A stretch of 64,000 bases of DNA from Utricularia gibba (taxonomy: Eukaryota; Plantae; Magnoliophyta), in assembly GCA_002189035.1 (NCBI GenBank), contig NEEC01000004.1, positions 1,860,001 to 1,924,000 on the forward strand. Reading direction: 5' to 3'. Under the pieces are notes generated by a model. It did no database searches, was not told the origin of the DNA, and saw nothing but the letters and a program-made list of their open reading frames with translations. Shown one piece after another: positions 53,513 through 64,000 of the stretch (the stretch's first letter is position 1; every line of letters starts with the position of its first letter). The translations under genes were made by a program, and so were the position numbers.

Positions 53513-56500
53513 ATGTGGAAGCTGAAGGTAGCGGAAGGGAAAGATTCGCCTTATCTTTACAGCACGAACGGGTTCGTGGGAAGACAGATCTGGGAGTTCG
53601 ATCCTGAGGCCGGGACGCCGGAGGAACGGGAAGCTTTTGAGGATGCACGCCGGAAGTTTCAAGAGAATAGGAAACATGGGATTCATTCCTGCGGTGATAT
53701 GTTCACGAGAATCCAGGTGCTTCATTGGAAGGAGTAGCTACTTGGTAAATTTGGGATCCAGTATTTTGGTTACCAATTCCGTCTCCACGTTTGCAGCTGA
53801 AGAAGGAGAGTGGGATTGATCTACTTGTTGAAATTCAGTATATAATGGGTTGCGCGAACGCATACGTGAACTCCAATACTAATGATTTATAATTTTTTAT
53901 GTAATTGATTATTTTACTTTCATTTTTGTACGTGAAATTGTGTATTCTAACACTATTGAGATTGCCACTGGCGAGAGTGGAGAAAACGAGGACGTCAGCC
54001 ACGAAACGGCGACGGTGGCCGTCACCAAAGCATTGCGTCTTAATCGCGCAATTCAAGCGGTGGACGGTCATTGGCCGGCAGAGAACGCCGGCCCTATGTT
54101 CTTCACACCACCCCTGGTACGTGGGAGCTCCAAGGATAGATACCCTTCTCCTTTCTTTTTTTTTTTTTTTAAAGAAACTCAATTATCCTTTAATTTGGAT
54201 TTTTTTTTTGTATTGTAATAATTATGATATTTTCTGGATACAGATAATCGCACTGTACATAGGTGGGGCCATTAATACAACCTTAACCTCGGAACACAGA
54301 AAGGAGATGATTAGTTACATACTCAATCATCAGGTATTTTTTCTAAATTAAGTTCTGATTAATTGCCTATTATCCTAATTACCTTTTCAAATTATGTAAC
54401 ACAATTGTAATTATGACATGACAGAACGCGGATGGAGGATGGGGATGTTATATAGAGGGGAATAGCACCACGATCGGATCAGCCCTGAGTTACGTCGCAC
54501 TAAGGTTACTAGGGTTGGGCCCGGACGATGCGGACGGTGCCGTCGCCAAGGGCCGGAAATGGATCCTCGACCACGGTGGAGCCACCGGGATTCCTTCATG
54601 GGGAAAAACATACCTTTCGGTAACTTCATTCTGTTTGTTGGTGTTTGCTTGTACATTTCATGGGTTACTAAAAGTTCTGTTTGATCAGGTACTTGGAGTG
54701 TACGACTGGGATGGGTGCAACCCTCTTCCACCAGAGTTCTGGCTGTTCCCTTCAGTTCTTCCTTATCATCCGGGTATGATTCATCTACAGGGAAGACTAC
54801 AACGAAGCTTTGTTTGCCTGATCCCATTCTAATCAGTAGTTTGAATACAAAAATGCAGCAAAAATGTGGTGCTATTGTCGTACAACATACATGCCAATGT
54901 CGTATTTGTATGGAAGGAAGTTCCATGGTCCTCTGACGGACCTGGTCATGTCCCTCAGACAAGAGATCCATGTGAGGCCGTACCATCAGATCGATTGGAA
55001 CAAGGCTCGCCATGATTGCTGCAAGGAGGACGTGTACTTCCCCCACACCTTCGTACAGGACTTGCTTTGGGATGTTCTTAACTATTGCTCTGAGCCATTC
55101 ATGAGGCGATGGCCGCTGAATAAGATTCGGCAGAAGGCTCTTGACAAGACAATCAAGCACATGCGGTATGGCGCAGAGGAAAGCCGTTACATGACCATTG
55201 GATGTGTGGAAAAGGTACGTATGTACATGTTGTTTTCAAGATTACAGCAATATGGTTTCTCTGTGAGGCAGACCACATGAGAGTTTGTTGCAAATTTTGT
55301 GTTGCAGTCTCTACAGATGATGTGTTGGTTTGCTCATGATCCAAACTGCGAGGAGTGGAAGTACCACATTGCAAGAGTTCCTGATTATCTGTGGCTAGCA
55401 GAAGATGGCATGACGATGCATGTTAGTTTCACTGATTTTACATCTGCATCAACATCCATTCCATTTTCAGTTCTTTGATGGGAAATTTACTTGTTTGAAT
55501 GAAGAGCTTTGGAAGTCAAGTATGGGACTGCGCACTTGTAACTCAAGCAATAATCGCTAGTGGGATGACAGAGGAGTATGGTGACTCTCTAAAGAAGGCA
55601 CATTTCCACATAAAAGAATCCCAAGTATGATGATCCATCTATGAACTTCAATTTGCTTTTTCATTTCACTGTAGCGTTTGTGAAGGGTGGTTTGATCCTT
55701 GGTTGAAATGCAGATAAAAGAAAATCCGAAGGGAGATTTTGAAAGCATGTACCGGCATTTCACAAAGGGAGCTTGGGCGTTTTCCGATCAGGATCAGGGA
55801 TGGGTTGTATCTGACTGCACAGCTGAATCACTCAAGGTACTAAACTTCACAAACCCACAATCTCTTCCGAATTTAGAAATGGAATTGGCAGAGTCCTCTT
55901 TCCGTATAACGCTGAATGAGTTGCGCTGGATCTGTTCTTCCAGTGTCTGCTTCTGCTATCCCAAATGCCAGAGCAAATTGCAGGGGAAAAGGCAAAAGTA
56001 GAGCGTCTGTATGAAGCTGTAAACGTACTGCTCTACTTGAAGTAAGCATGGCTAATATAGATATAAAGATTTCTTTAATGCCAATGGGTTTGCAACTAAT
56101 GGAAATCTCCGACGATCATCCAGAGTCCTCTGAGTGGCGGATTTGCGCTATGGGAGCCTGCAATTCCGCAGCCTTTCTTGGAGGTAAACGATCATCACGC
56201 AAAGATATCAGAGCCCACGCACTCTAAATCCAATATGCTCATCTCAATGTTTTGATCATTCCTCAGGTGTTGAATCCATCCGAACTCTTTGCTGACAGTT
56301 GTTGAGCACGAGTAAGATTTCAACTGCGTTCTTTGGTGGTTCAACAAGAAAGATAAAGAACATATGTATGTGTATGCCGGCATGTAGAACCCACTGCATC
56401 CATCATCCAAGCACTGGTATACTTCAAGCGCCAGCATCCCGGACACCGTGAGAAGGAGATTGAGCTCTCCATTGCAAAAGCAGTACACTTTCTAGAGGAA

Positions 56501-57379
56501 AAGCAATGGCCTGATGGCTCATGGTGAGCTGTCAGCATACTGTGATCTACTCCACCGATGCATACAGCAACAACTCAAATCTGGTTGCGTTGCAGGTACG
56601 GCTACTGGGGAATCTGCTTCATCTACGGCACATTCTTCGTGCTTGCAGGACTGGCTTCGGTGGGAAAGACGTACGAGAACAGCGATGCCGTCCGAAAAGC
56701 CGCCAACTTCTTCTTGTCCATACAAAACGAAGAAGGTGGATGGGGAGAATCCCTCGAGTCCTGTCCCTCTTCGGTACCAACTATACATACTTTTCATTTT
56801 TAAAGGATGAATGGTGGCCAGATTGCGTTCTTACAAGCTTTCCATCGTTGCAGAAATACACTCCTCTGGAAGGAAATCGGACCAACTTGGTCCAAACATC
56901 CTGGGCCATGCTCGGACTTATGCTTACCGGGCAGGTTCGTTATACCGCACTTAAAATAAAAGTGAAATCTTGTAACATATTGTAATCATTCTTTTGCTTT
57001 ACGAAATGATCCACTCATTTCCACCCATCTCATCTTTATCGCATATACGATATATTGTCGCATTTCTTACAAACGGAATGTGTGCTTCCCTTTTAGATGG
57101 AAGGAGACCCAAAGCCACTGCATAGAGCAGCCAAGTTGCTGATCAATGCGCAAATGGAGGATAGCGATTTCCCTCAGCAGGTGAAGCTTAAAACACATCT
57201 TTCTAGAAACCAAAAACCTAGTTTATGTATTGCTTTTTACATCATATGGCATGCTCTCGCAGGAAATCACGGGAGTGTTCCAGAAGAACTGCATGCTCCA
57301 TTACCCTCTACATCGGAACATTTTCCCGTCGTGAGCGTTGGGGGAATACAGGAAGCGAGCATGGCCAGGCCAGATCTAG
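53513..57379 (+). pseudogene. Oxidosqualene cyclase pseudogene, alpha-amyrin/mixed amyrin/dammarenediol synthase clade (17 exons)
   Basis: MWKLKVAEG, GRQIWEFDP, MWCYCR, VSDCTAE, QW repeats; TATA at 53426. Lesions: solo LTR 53826-53952; exon 2 is 188 vs 189 nt; exon 10 is 98 vs 99 nt (56041); exon 12 is 45 vs 47 nt (56297); acceptor AG>CG at 56378-56379; TGG>TGA at 57332. Confidence 0.9.
53826..53952. mobile_element. 127-bp solo LTR (or TRIM-like remnant) inserted in OSC exon 2
   Basis: TGTTGAAAT...ATTCTAACA ends (TG..CA, imperfect inverted repeat); 5-bp TSD CTACT (53821-53825) / CTATT (53953-53957); interrupts GIDLL|xxP. Confidence 0.82.
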
Positions 57380-58753
57380 AACCCCTCACACGAAAATGTT
57401 GATAATAGCCATGAAATGTGTTCAAGGGATTTTTTATATTTGTTATATGCCAAACATCGAAATCATATAATATGTTACCTGACTGCTCCACTGAACAAAC
57501 AACATTGCTGATTGGAGTCATGAATAGGACCCAATGGCATCAGATAGTCGGTTTCTAAAAGGCTTGGGCTGGGACATGTCAGGGCACACCATCTAACTTG
57601 GTCAAAAGCAAACGTGGTTTTCTTTACACAATATCATCAGACCCTTTTAGAATAACTGAATAACTATAGAATCTGGATGTAAATTGAATTCCCCAAGTGC
57701 ATGAGAGCTGAGTTCAACAGCAGAGTGCGCAGAGGTAAAATGGATTCGGATCATCCACAGCAGAGACACGTAAAAAGTGGCCGCTGGTATAATATTTTTA
57801 GAGTTAAAGGTGGCCGTCATCAAATATCCATCGGCATATCCCACTCTTATGTTGCTAAGGAGAAAAAAAAAAAAGCAAGGCACTATATTATGTTTGTGAG
57901 GGATTGGCTGTTAAATCATTTGTTTTAAGTCTTGTGTGGTAGAATTATTTACATCTTTAAATGGATATATAGAAAATTATTCTTGTTTGGTAGATTTCTT
58001 CAATGGTTATGCAAATAAAATGAAACAATCTAAGTAGTAATTAAATTGGTAAAAAAAAAAACTAATATTTCTAAGGTTCCATCAAAAGATATTGATGTAC
58101 TATTAAATTCAACAACCTTCGGATTTTGGGCTCCCACAATACAGTGCATGCCCTTTTATGTGTGTATAAATATCCAGAATGAGATCAGTTGTGTAAGTTA
58201 TAAAAGTGTTATTTTAAATTAATATTATTTAATAATCATTTATTTTATCTCAACGGGAATTCGATTCATGATTTTTTTAATACTTAAGTATGAGTAGAAT
58301 GACGTACAATGTTGTGTTTTATGTGGGATCCTGTGTTCTACGCCTTAGCTTTTTGGACCCGAAGTACTTCCCTTTAGTATATGATCTCTTTCTGCATTGT
58401 TCGTTTTTTATGTGATATCTTCAAAATTTGATGATTCATACTGCTTACATTAGTATATAATTCTTTTGAATTCATATTTTCTCCACATTTTTTCATAATC
58501 CTTACCACACGTACTCTCAAAGATAAGTTAAATGTATTTTGATAACGATTTTTGATTAATTATTCACATCAATTTGGATTTTATCACAAATTCTTAGAGC
58601 TCAATGATATAGTATTATCAGGCGGGTTTAATAAATCTCGTGAGAGTAAATATTCTACTTTTTTTAATTATCTATTTTATTTATTTTAATAATATTATAT
58701 ATAATTTAATTATAAAACTTTATGTTGAATATGTGAGTAACACTCAACATGAA

Positions 58754-61700
58754 TGAGAAGGAGAAATGTGGATGAGGCACATAGAGGAAGCAAAAGAAGG
58801 AGAATACTAAATTTTATTCATGCCCAAAAGGTGTTAAATAGGTGGGTATTTGTAACTCATACATAGCCAACGTCTGTCTTCTCAAAAGCAGCTTCTTAAC
58901 TAGACAAAAGAGTAGGCAACGTTAACTCTATGGTGAACTATTTCTTGGGGTGTATCTTGAGTAGACTTGGAGTGGTTTGCTTGAGTTGGCATCCATTATA
59001 AATACAGACTTGGGCTTTAGGAATATGTGGCAGTTGGACTACTTAGATTTTGGAGTTCTTCTAGTAAAAGGTGTTTAATCTCTAAAAGAGGAAAAGCGAT
59101 CAGGGAGGAAACAAGATCGATGAATAGTGATATGAAGAAGAGAGCTCGACTCTGGATTCTAGTTTGGTAACTTTCTTCGTTTGTCCTCCGTGTTTCTTCA
59201 ATGTTGATAGTTAGTGTTAATATGAGATATTAGCATTGGCTTTTCTATGTTTTTCCCAATATGTTAATTCAAGAGTTTAATCAAGTCTTGGTGCTAACAT
59301 ATGATGATAGCATTAGATAGGTGTTTATTCCATGTGATGGTTTAAACATATTTTGGGCAACATAAATCTTCCCAAGTGGTGAATAAGGGAGAGGTGTCCT
59401 TCCACCAAACGAGGCATTGGGTGACCTGGGAATTGAGACAAGGGAGTAAATGCTGCCTGAGAACTTGGAGTGGTTGAGGCTATAAGGAGCCATCTGCATG
59501 GAAGTTGGGAAGATAAGGGGTGGGTAGAGATTTCTTGCTAATGCCTTTTTTGAGTAGGGAGACATAGAAAACTGGATATAATTTGCAAGGAGGAGGTAAT
59601 TCCAGTTTATAAGCAACAACAACAACCCTTTGAAGTATCAAATAAGGGCCAAAATAGTGAGTCATCAACTTCAATTTCTGTTTGATAGAGAGGGAAGAGT
59701 GGAGGAAAGATTGCATCTTTAAATAAACAAGATACCCAACCTCGAAGTTGTGTTCACTATGATATGAATCACAAACGCGTTTTGTACATTCACTTGCACA
59801 ATAAATGGCATCGCAAGGTGCAGATAAGAGCTTGTCATTCTTGCAAGAAATTGCAACATCAGAATGAGAGAGCGGATTTTGAGCACCCCAAGGTAGATGG
59901 GAGAGGGAGCAACCATATAATGCTTCAAATGTGCTGATCTTAAGGCTGGAATGATAAGAGGAATCATACCAATATTCTGTAGGGGGCAACCAGAAGCACC
60001 ATTTGTGAGGGTGGTCAAAGCACATGCCACGAAGGTAAGTTTCTAAGCACTAGTTCACTCACTTTGTTTGACCATCGGTTTGAAGATGATATGAGGTGGA
60101 CAATTTGAGGTTGACACCAATAGAGGTGAAAAACTGCCAAAAATGATTGGTAAAGATGATGTCCCGATCAAAGATAATAGAGGAGAGAAGGCCATGAAGT
60201 TAGTAGATATTGGTGATGAAAATAGTGGTGACGGTAGAAGCGGTGTAAGGGTGGGAGAGTGGACAGAAATGCATGTATTTGGTGAGGCAGTCAACAATGA
60301 TGAGGATGAAATTTTTAGAGGAGGAAAGGGGGAGGCCATCTATGAAATCCATACTGATACTATCCCACTGGCGAGTAGGAACCGGTAGAGATTGTGGCCC
60401 TAGGGAGGCAGAGGTATCAATATGAATTTTATTGTGAGTGTCATAGGAGGCAACCAAGGCGATGATGTCCTTCATTTTAGGCCAGTAGAAAAACCATTTG
60501 ATGTGGTGGTATGTGGTAGACAAGCATGAACGTTTAGGAAGATGGTGTCGCAGAGATCTTGGGAGGACCCTACACAAATACAATTTTGTAGTGAAGGAGA
60601 CCTTGAGCAAGAAGAAAAGCGGGGTAAGAGGGCGAGTTTAGAGATTTGGCATGGAAGATGGGCGAGAAGTAAGGGTCAAAAGCATTGCTAGAAGCAAGTT
60701 CTGAAAGCCAAGTAGGAGTTATTATAGAAATAGCATAACATGAAGCAAGGGATGGAATCTCAAGGAAAGTGGGTAGCCGAGAAAAAGAGTCAATAGCAGA
60801 GTTATCCGTTCCCTTACAGTGCTGAATTTCGAAGGAATAACCCATTAACTTAGGCATTCATTTTTGTTGAGAAAAGTTTCCCAACTTCTGATCCTTCAGA
60901 AATTGTAGGCTATTGTGGTATGTGCAAATAATAAAAGGGCAACCCATGAGATAATGTTGTCACTTAAGAACAGCATGAACAACAGTGATGAGTTTCTTTT
61001 CATAGATTGAAAGACCAAAATATTTTTTTCCTAGAGGTTTCTATGCGATAGGGTGATTATGTTGAGAGAGAACGCTCCAATTCCCAAATCTTAACCATCG
61101 GTTTCGAGAATAAAGGGTTCAGAGAAATTGGGAATAGCTGAAACTAGTGAGGAGGAGACAGCTTCATTTAGAGTATAAAAATAGATAGTAGCAACATCCA
61201 TCTAGTGAAAACTATCTTTTTTTAGGAGTTGAGTAAGGGGAGCACTGATAAGTCCATAATGTTTGATGAAAAGATGATAGAATCCTATGAGACCAAGAAA
61301 TCCACATAGAGCTTGCAAATTTATAGGCACTGGCCACTGGGTAATTGCAGCAACTTAGATGGGTCTGTGGAGACACCATTAGCTTGCACGATGTAATCGA
61401 GAGTGAATTGAGGTACCGATAATCGATGCACATCCACCAACCACCATCTTTTTGGGAATGAGGACTAGAGCAGTAAAAGGGCTATGGTTGGGGCAGATAA
61501 AACCAGAGTCAAAGAGTTCTTTGATGATGTTTTCAAATATAGACTTTAAGTGGTGGGGAATACGCTAAGAGGGAAAACATTTGGGTGTAGAGTAAGGAAG
61601 CAAGGGTATGGTATGCTGGATAGATCGATTCGAAGGTAAGTGAGTGGGAACCCGAAAGATAGCATGGAATTTAGAGATAGCGGGTTGTAGATATTTCGGA

Positions 61701-64000
61701 GGGGTGAAGATGGTGAAAATGAGGTTGACATGGACCAAATTTGAGCCACCCAACAAGAGGAAGTTTTTCGAAGATATTTGGTGGCCAAATTAGAGGAGAT
61801 GAGGGACAAAGAGGTAGATGGAAGAAGGCATTGAAGATGAATGGGTTTCTGATCCTTATAGGTGGTGAAGATCATTTTAGAATAATCCTCCCCGATTAAG
61901 CTGTGACGATGGAGCCAATTGCCTCCAAGGACCACATCATATTCGCCATTGAAGTTGTAAGATCTAAAAGAAAAACAGAAGGGTAAGTGTTGCATAGATC
62001 AATGGAGATTAGAGAACATTTCCTGATTGACTAATTGTGTTTGGCCACCAGCGGCATGAATGAGAATGAGGGTGGCTAGGTGTGGAATTAAGCCCATGGA
62101 ATGAGCGAATGAAGTATCCAGAAAAATGTTGGTGCTGCCATTGTCAATAAGGATTAAAAAATCTCTGTTATTAAGACACCCATAGAGCCGAAAATGATTA
62201 TCAGTGGTTTCCCTAGTGATAGCATGCATGGAGATGGTTTATGCAAGAGGTAATGGGGAATTAGTGAGGGGAAGAGGAGGTTAATCTAATGGAAGGTCAT
62301 CCTCATCAACAAAAAGGAGAAAGATTTGTCGTGTTGACCAATGATCTTGAAAAAAGAGGACACCACATTTGATACAAAGATTTTTCTCAAGATGGTCACA
62401 TACGAGATCATCAGTGATATGAGTTTTTTGAGAGTGAGAGGTGGGGCGGGAGAAAGGGTGGTTTTTGGTGGGGAATCGAAGGAAGAAGGGAGGAGCCAGG
62501 TTGGTGGTCTATGGAAGAACGATGGGACTCAAGCTCCATATCCTTGATTTTGATGAAAAGGATAATTTCGGGTTCAGTTTTCAATTGCGCAAGTAAGATG
62601 ACTGCCTTGAGTTCCTTCTGCAAGCCACTAATTAATATAGTTGGGAGATTGATAGAAGAAAAAGAGGGGTCGAGATTGGTAATTTGCAAAAGAAGAATTT
62701 CATAGCATTCAATGTAATCGGTCAGAGTACCAGTTTGAGAGATTTTCATAAATTCAGCAAGGATTCGCATAGGGTCCAAATCATCAAAATATTGCAGGTT
62801 GGCTAAAGAAAATTCCTCCCAAGTGGAGGAGGGGTGAGGTGTTTTATAACTTTCTAACCAAGCGTTTATAGCCCCAGAGAATATCAAACTAGCATAAGAT
62901 AACCAAGATGAGCGTGAGATTTGTGACATGAGGTGAAAATATTGGGTGATCTTACATAGCTAGACTCGTGGGTTTATGCCATTGAAGGTGGAAAGGTCCA
63001 ATTTGAGGCAAGTGGTGGTGGGTGGGTGGGATTGAGGTGAAATGATTGGTGGGTGGGTGAGAAAATAAATAGGAAACAAGTGGGTTGAAAAGTTGTGAGG
63101 GTGGGCCTAAGACAGAGTTTCCAGGTATGGATGAAGGAGCTTCATGTGAGGGGAGAGTGGAGAGTTCCTTGCGAATGGTGTCCTTTAGAGTGAATGTAAT
63201 GGCTTGTAGAGAGTTAGCAACCTGCTGTTCGAATTTTTTAAATGAAGATTTAGTAGTCTAGAAAAGGGATTGAAGCTGTTGATTTTGCACTTGTTGGGAG
63301 ATTTTAGTTTCCTTTAATGAGTCTCTTAATACTTATTGATTTACTTCTAAGATAGATAAATGGGTTGCTGAGCTTCAATAGAGTTACGAAAATCCAATTG
63401 TGAGGTAAGAAGTTGCTGCAATTGATGCTTGAGACCCTCGTCGCTAGAGTTGGGAGCTATATCAGCAAAATCAAAGAGGTTATCATATGGAAAAGTTTCA
63501 TCCATAGCAATGCTTAGAGGAGAGAACTTATTACGTCTCCTTTCATGACCATTTCTTCTAGGACCCAGCATGCTCTAATACCAATTTGTAATGTTCAGTA
63601 GGAGTGAGAAGGAGAAATCCGGATGAAGAGTATAGATGAAGTGAAAGAAGGAGAATACAAAATTTCATTCATGCCCAAAAGGTGTTACATAGGTGGGTAT
63701 TTATGACCCATACATAGTCAACAGCTATCTTCTTAAAATGAATCAGCATGCAAAGAGGCTAAGGGGATGAACATGGAGGGGCTATGAAGAACCACTCTAC
63801 TCGGCTATCTGCATGCAAGGAATCAGTCGGATGCAAACACGGCGTGCAACTCTTGGTGAAGGCATACCGAGCTCTTGAGCAAACCTCGAGAGTGCTCGTG
63901 GGAGAGACTCGCTTGAGCTAGCGTTGGATGCTAGGTGGAGTGTGGTCGCAAGCCCAAGTAGTGGTGGAGAATGACCCAAGGGCATAAGAAGGGTAAGAGG
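58754..64000 (-). mobile_element. Old, degenerate chromodomain-bearing Ty3/gypsy (Reina-like chromovirus); 5' LTR runs off the window
   Basis: PBS TGGTATTAGAGC (63583-63572) beside the LTR end at 63587; gag, protease LIDNGST, RT MCIDYRYLN, RNase H LMGYSFEI, integrase WDSISMDFIDGLP, GPY motif, chromodomain W..TTWEDL (~59370); LTR homology 58754-58887 vs 63605-63738 about 85%. Confidence 0.9.

Noticed and set aside
54411-55160. 249-aa minus-strand ORF opposite the OSC
   Set aside because: Antisense shadow running through exons and introns; not protein-like
55944-56311. Idea that the -1 (exon 10) and -2 (exon 12) deletions cancel and restore a functional OSC
   Set aside because: The shifted frame hits TGA in exon 11 (AAA GTC CTC TGA); the alternative acceptor still stops in exon 12; TGA at 57332 remains
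53513-64000. Possible triterpene biosynthetic gene cluster around the OSC
   Set aside because: No P450, acyltransferase or glycosyltransferase sequence is present in the window

Overview
Plant (eudicot, probably asterid) nuclear genomic DNA: gene-rich islands with short introns, separated by very AT-rich, TE-littered spacers. Apparently intact genes, in order: CRPK1-like receptor-like cytoplasmic kinase (+), HemK/PrmC methyltransferase (-), clade-E PP2C (+), tRNA-Ile(AAT) (+), 2H cyclic phosphodiesterase (+), secreted protein of unknown function ending HPEL (-), At4g18975-like PPR protein (-), DUF1296/GIP1-like protein (+), MEE22/EMB1611-like coiled-coil protein (+), two-pore K+ channel TPK (+) and intronless Lhcb1 (-). 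A 17-exon oxidosqualene cyclase of the alpha-amyrin/dammarenediol synthase type (+) is a pseudogene with six lesions. TEs: a full-length but decayed 5.03-kb Ty1/copia (256-bp LTRs, 5-bp TSD, non-canonical PBS), a decayed chromodomain Ty3/gypsy at the right end, a truncated Athila-type element, a hAT-type MITE, a non-autonomous MULE nested in a copia relic, and several small relics. The most notable observations are a 127-bp solo LTR in OSC exon 2 that could be spliced out in frame, an inverted OSC exon/intron fragment 6.5 kb from the gene, a Cys-free Lhcb1 (C79I, M191V), a copia PBS that best matches elongator rather than initiator tRNA-Met, two GC-AG introns in one PPR gene, and a tRNA 150 nt upstream of a tRNA-splicing-byproduct phosphodiesterase. 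No clearly new multi-gene system was found. All family names come from motif recognition by eye, not from database searches.
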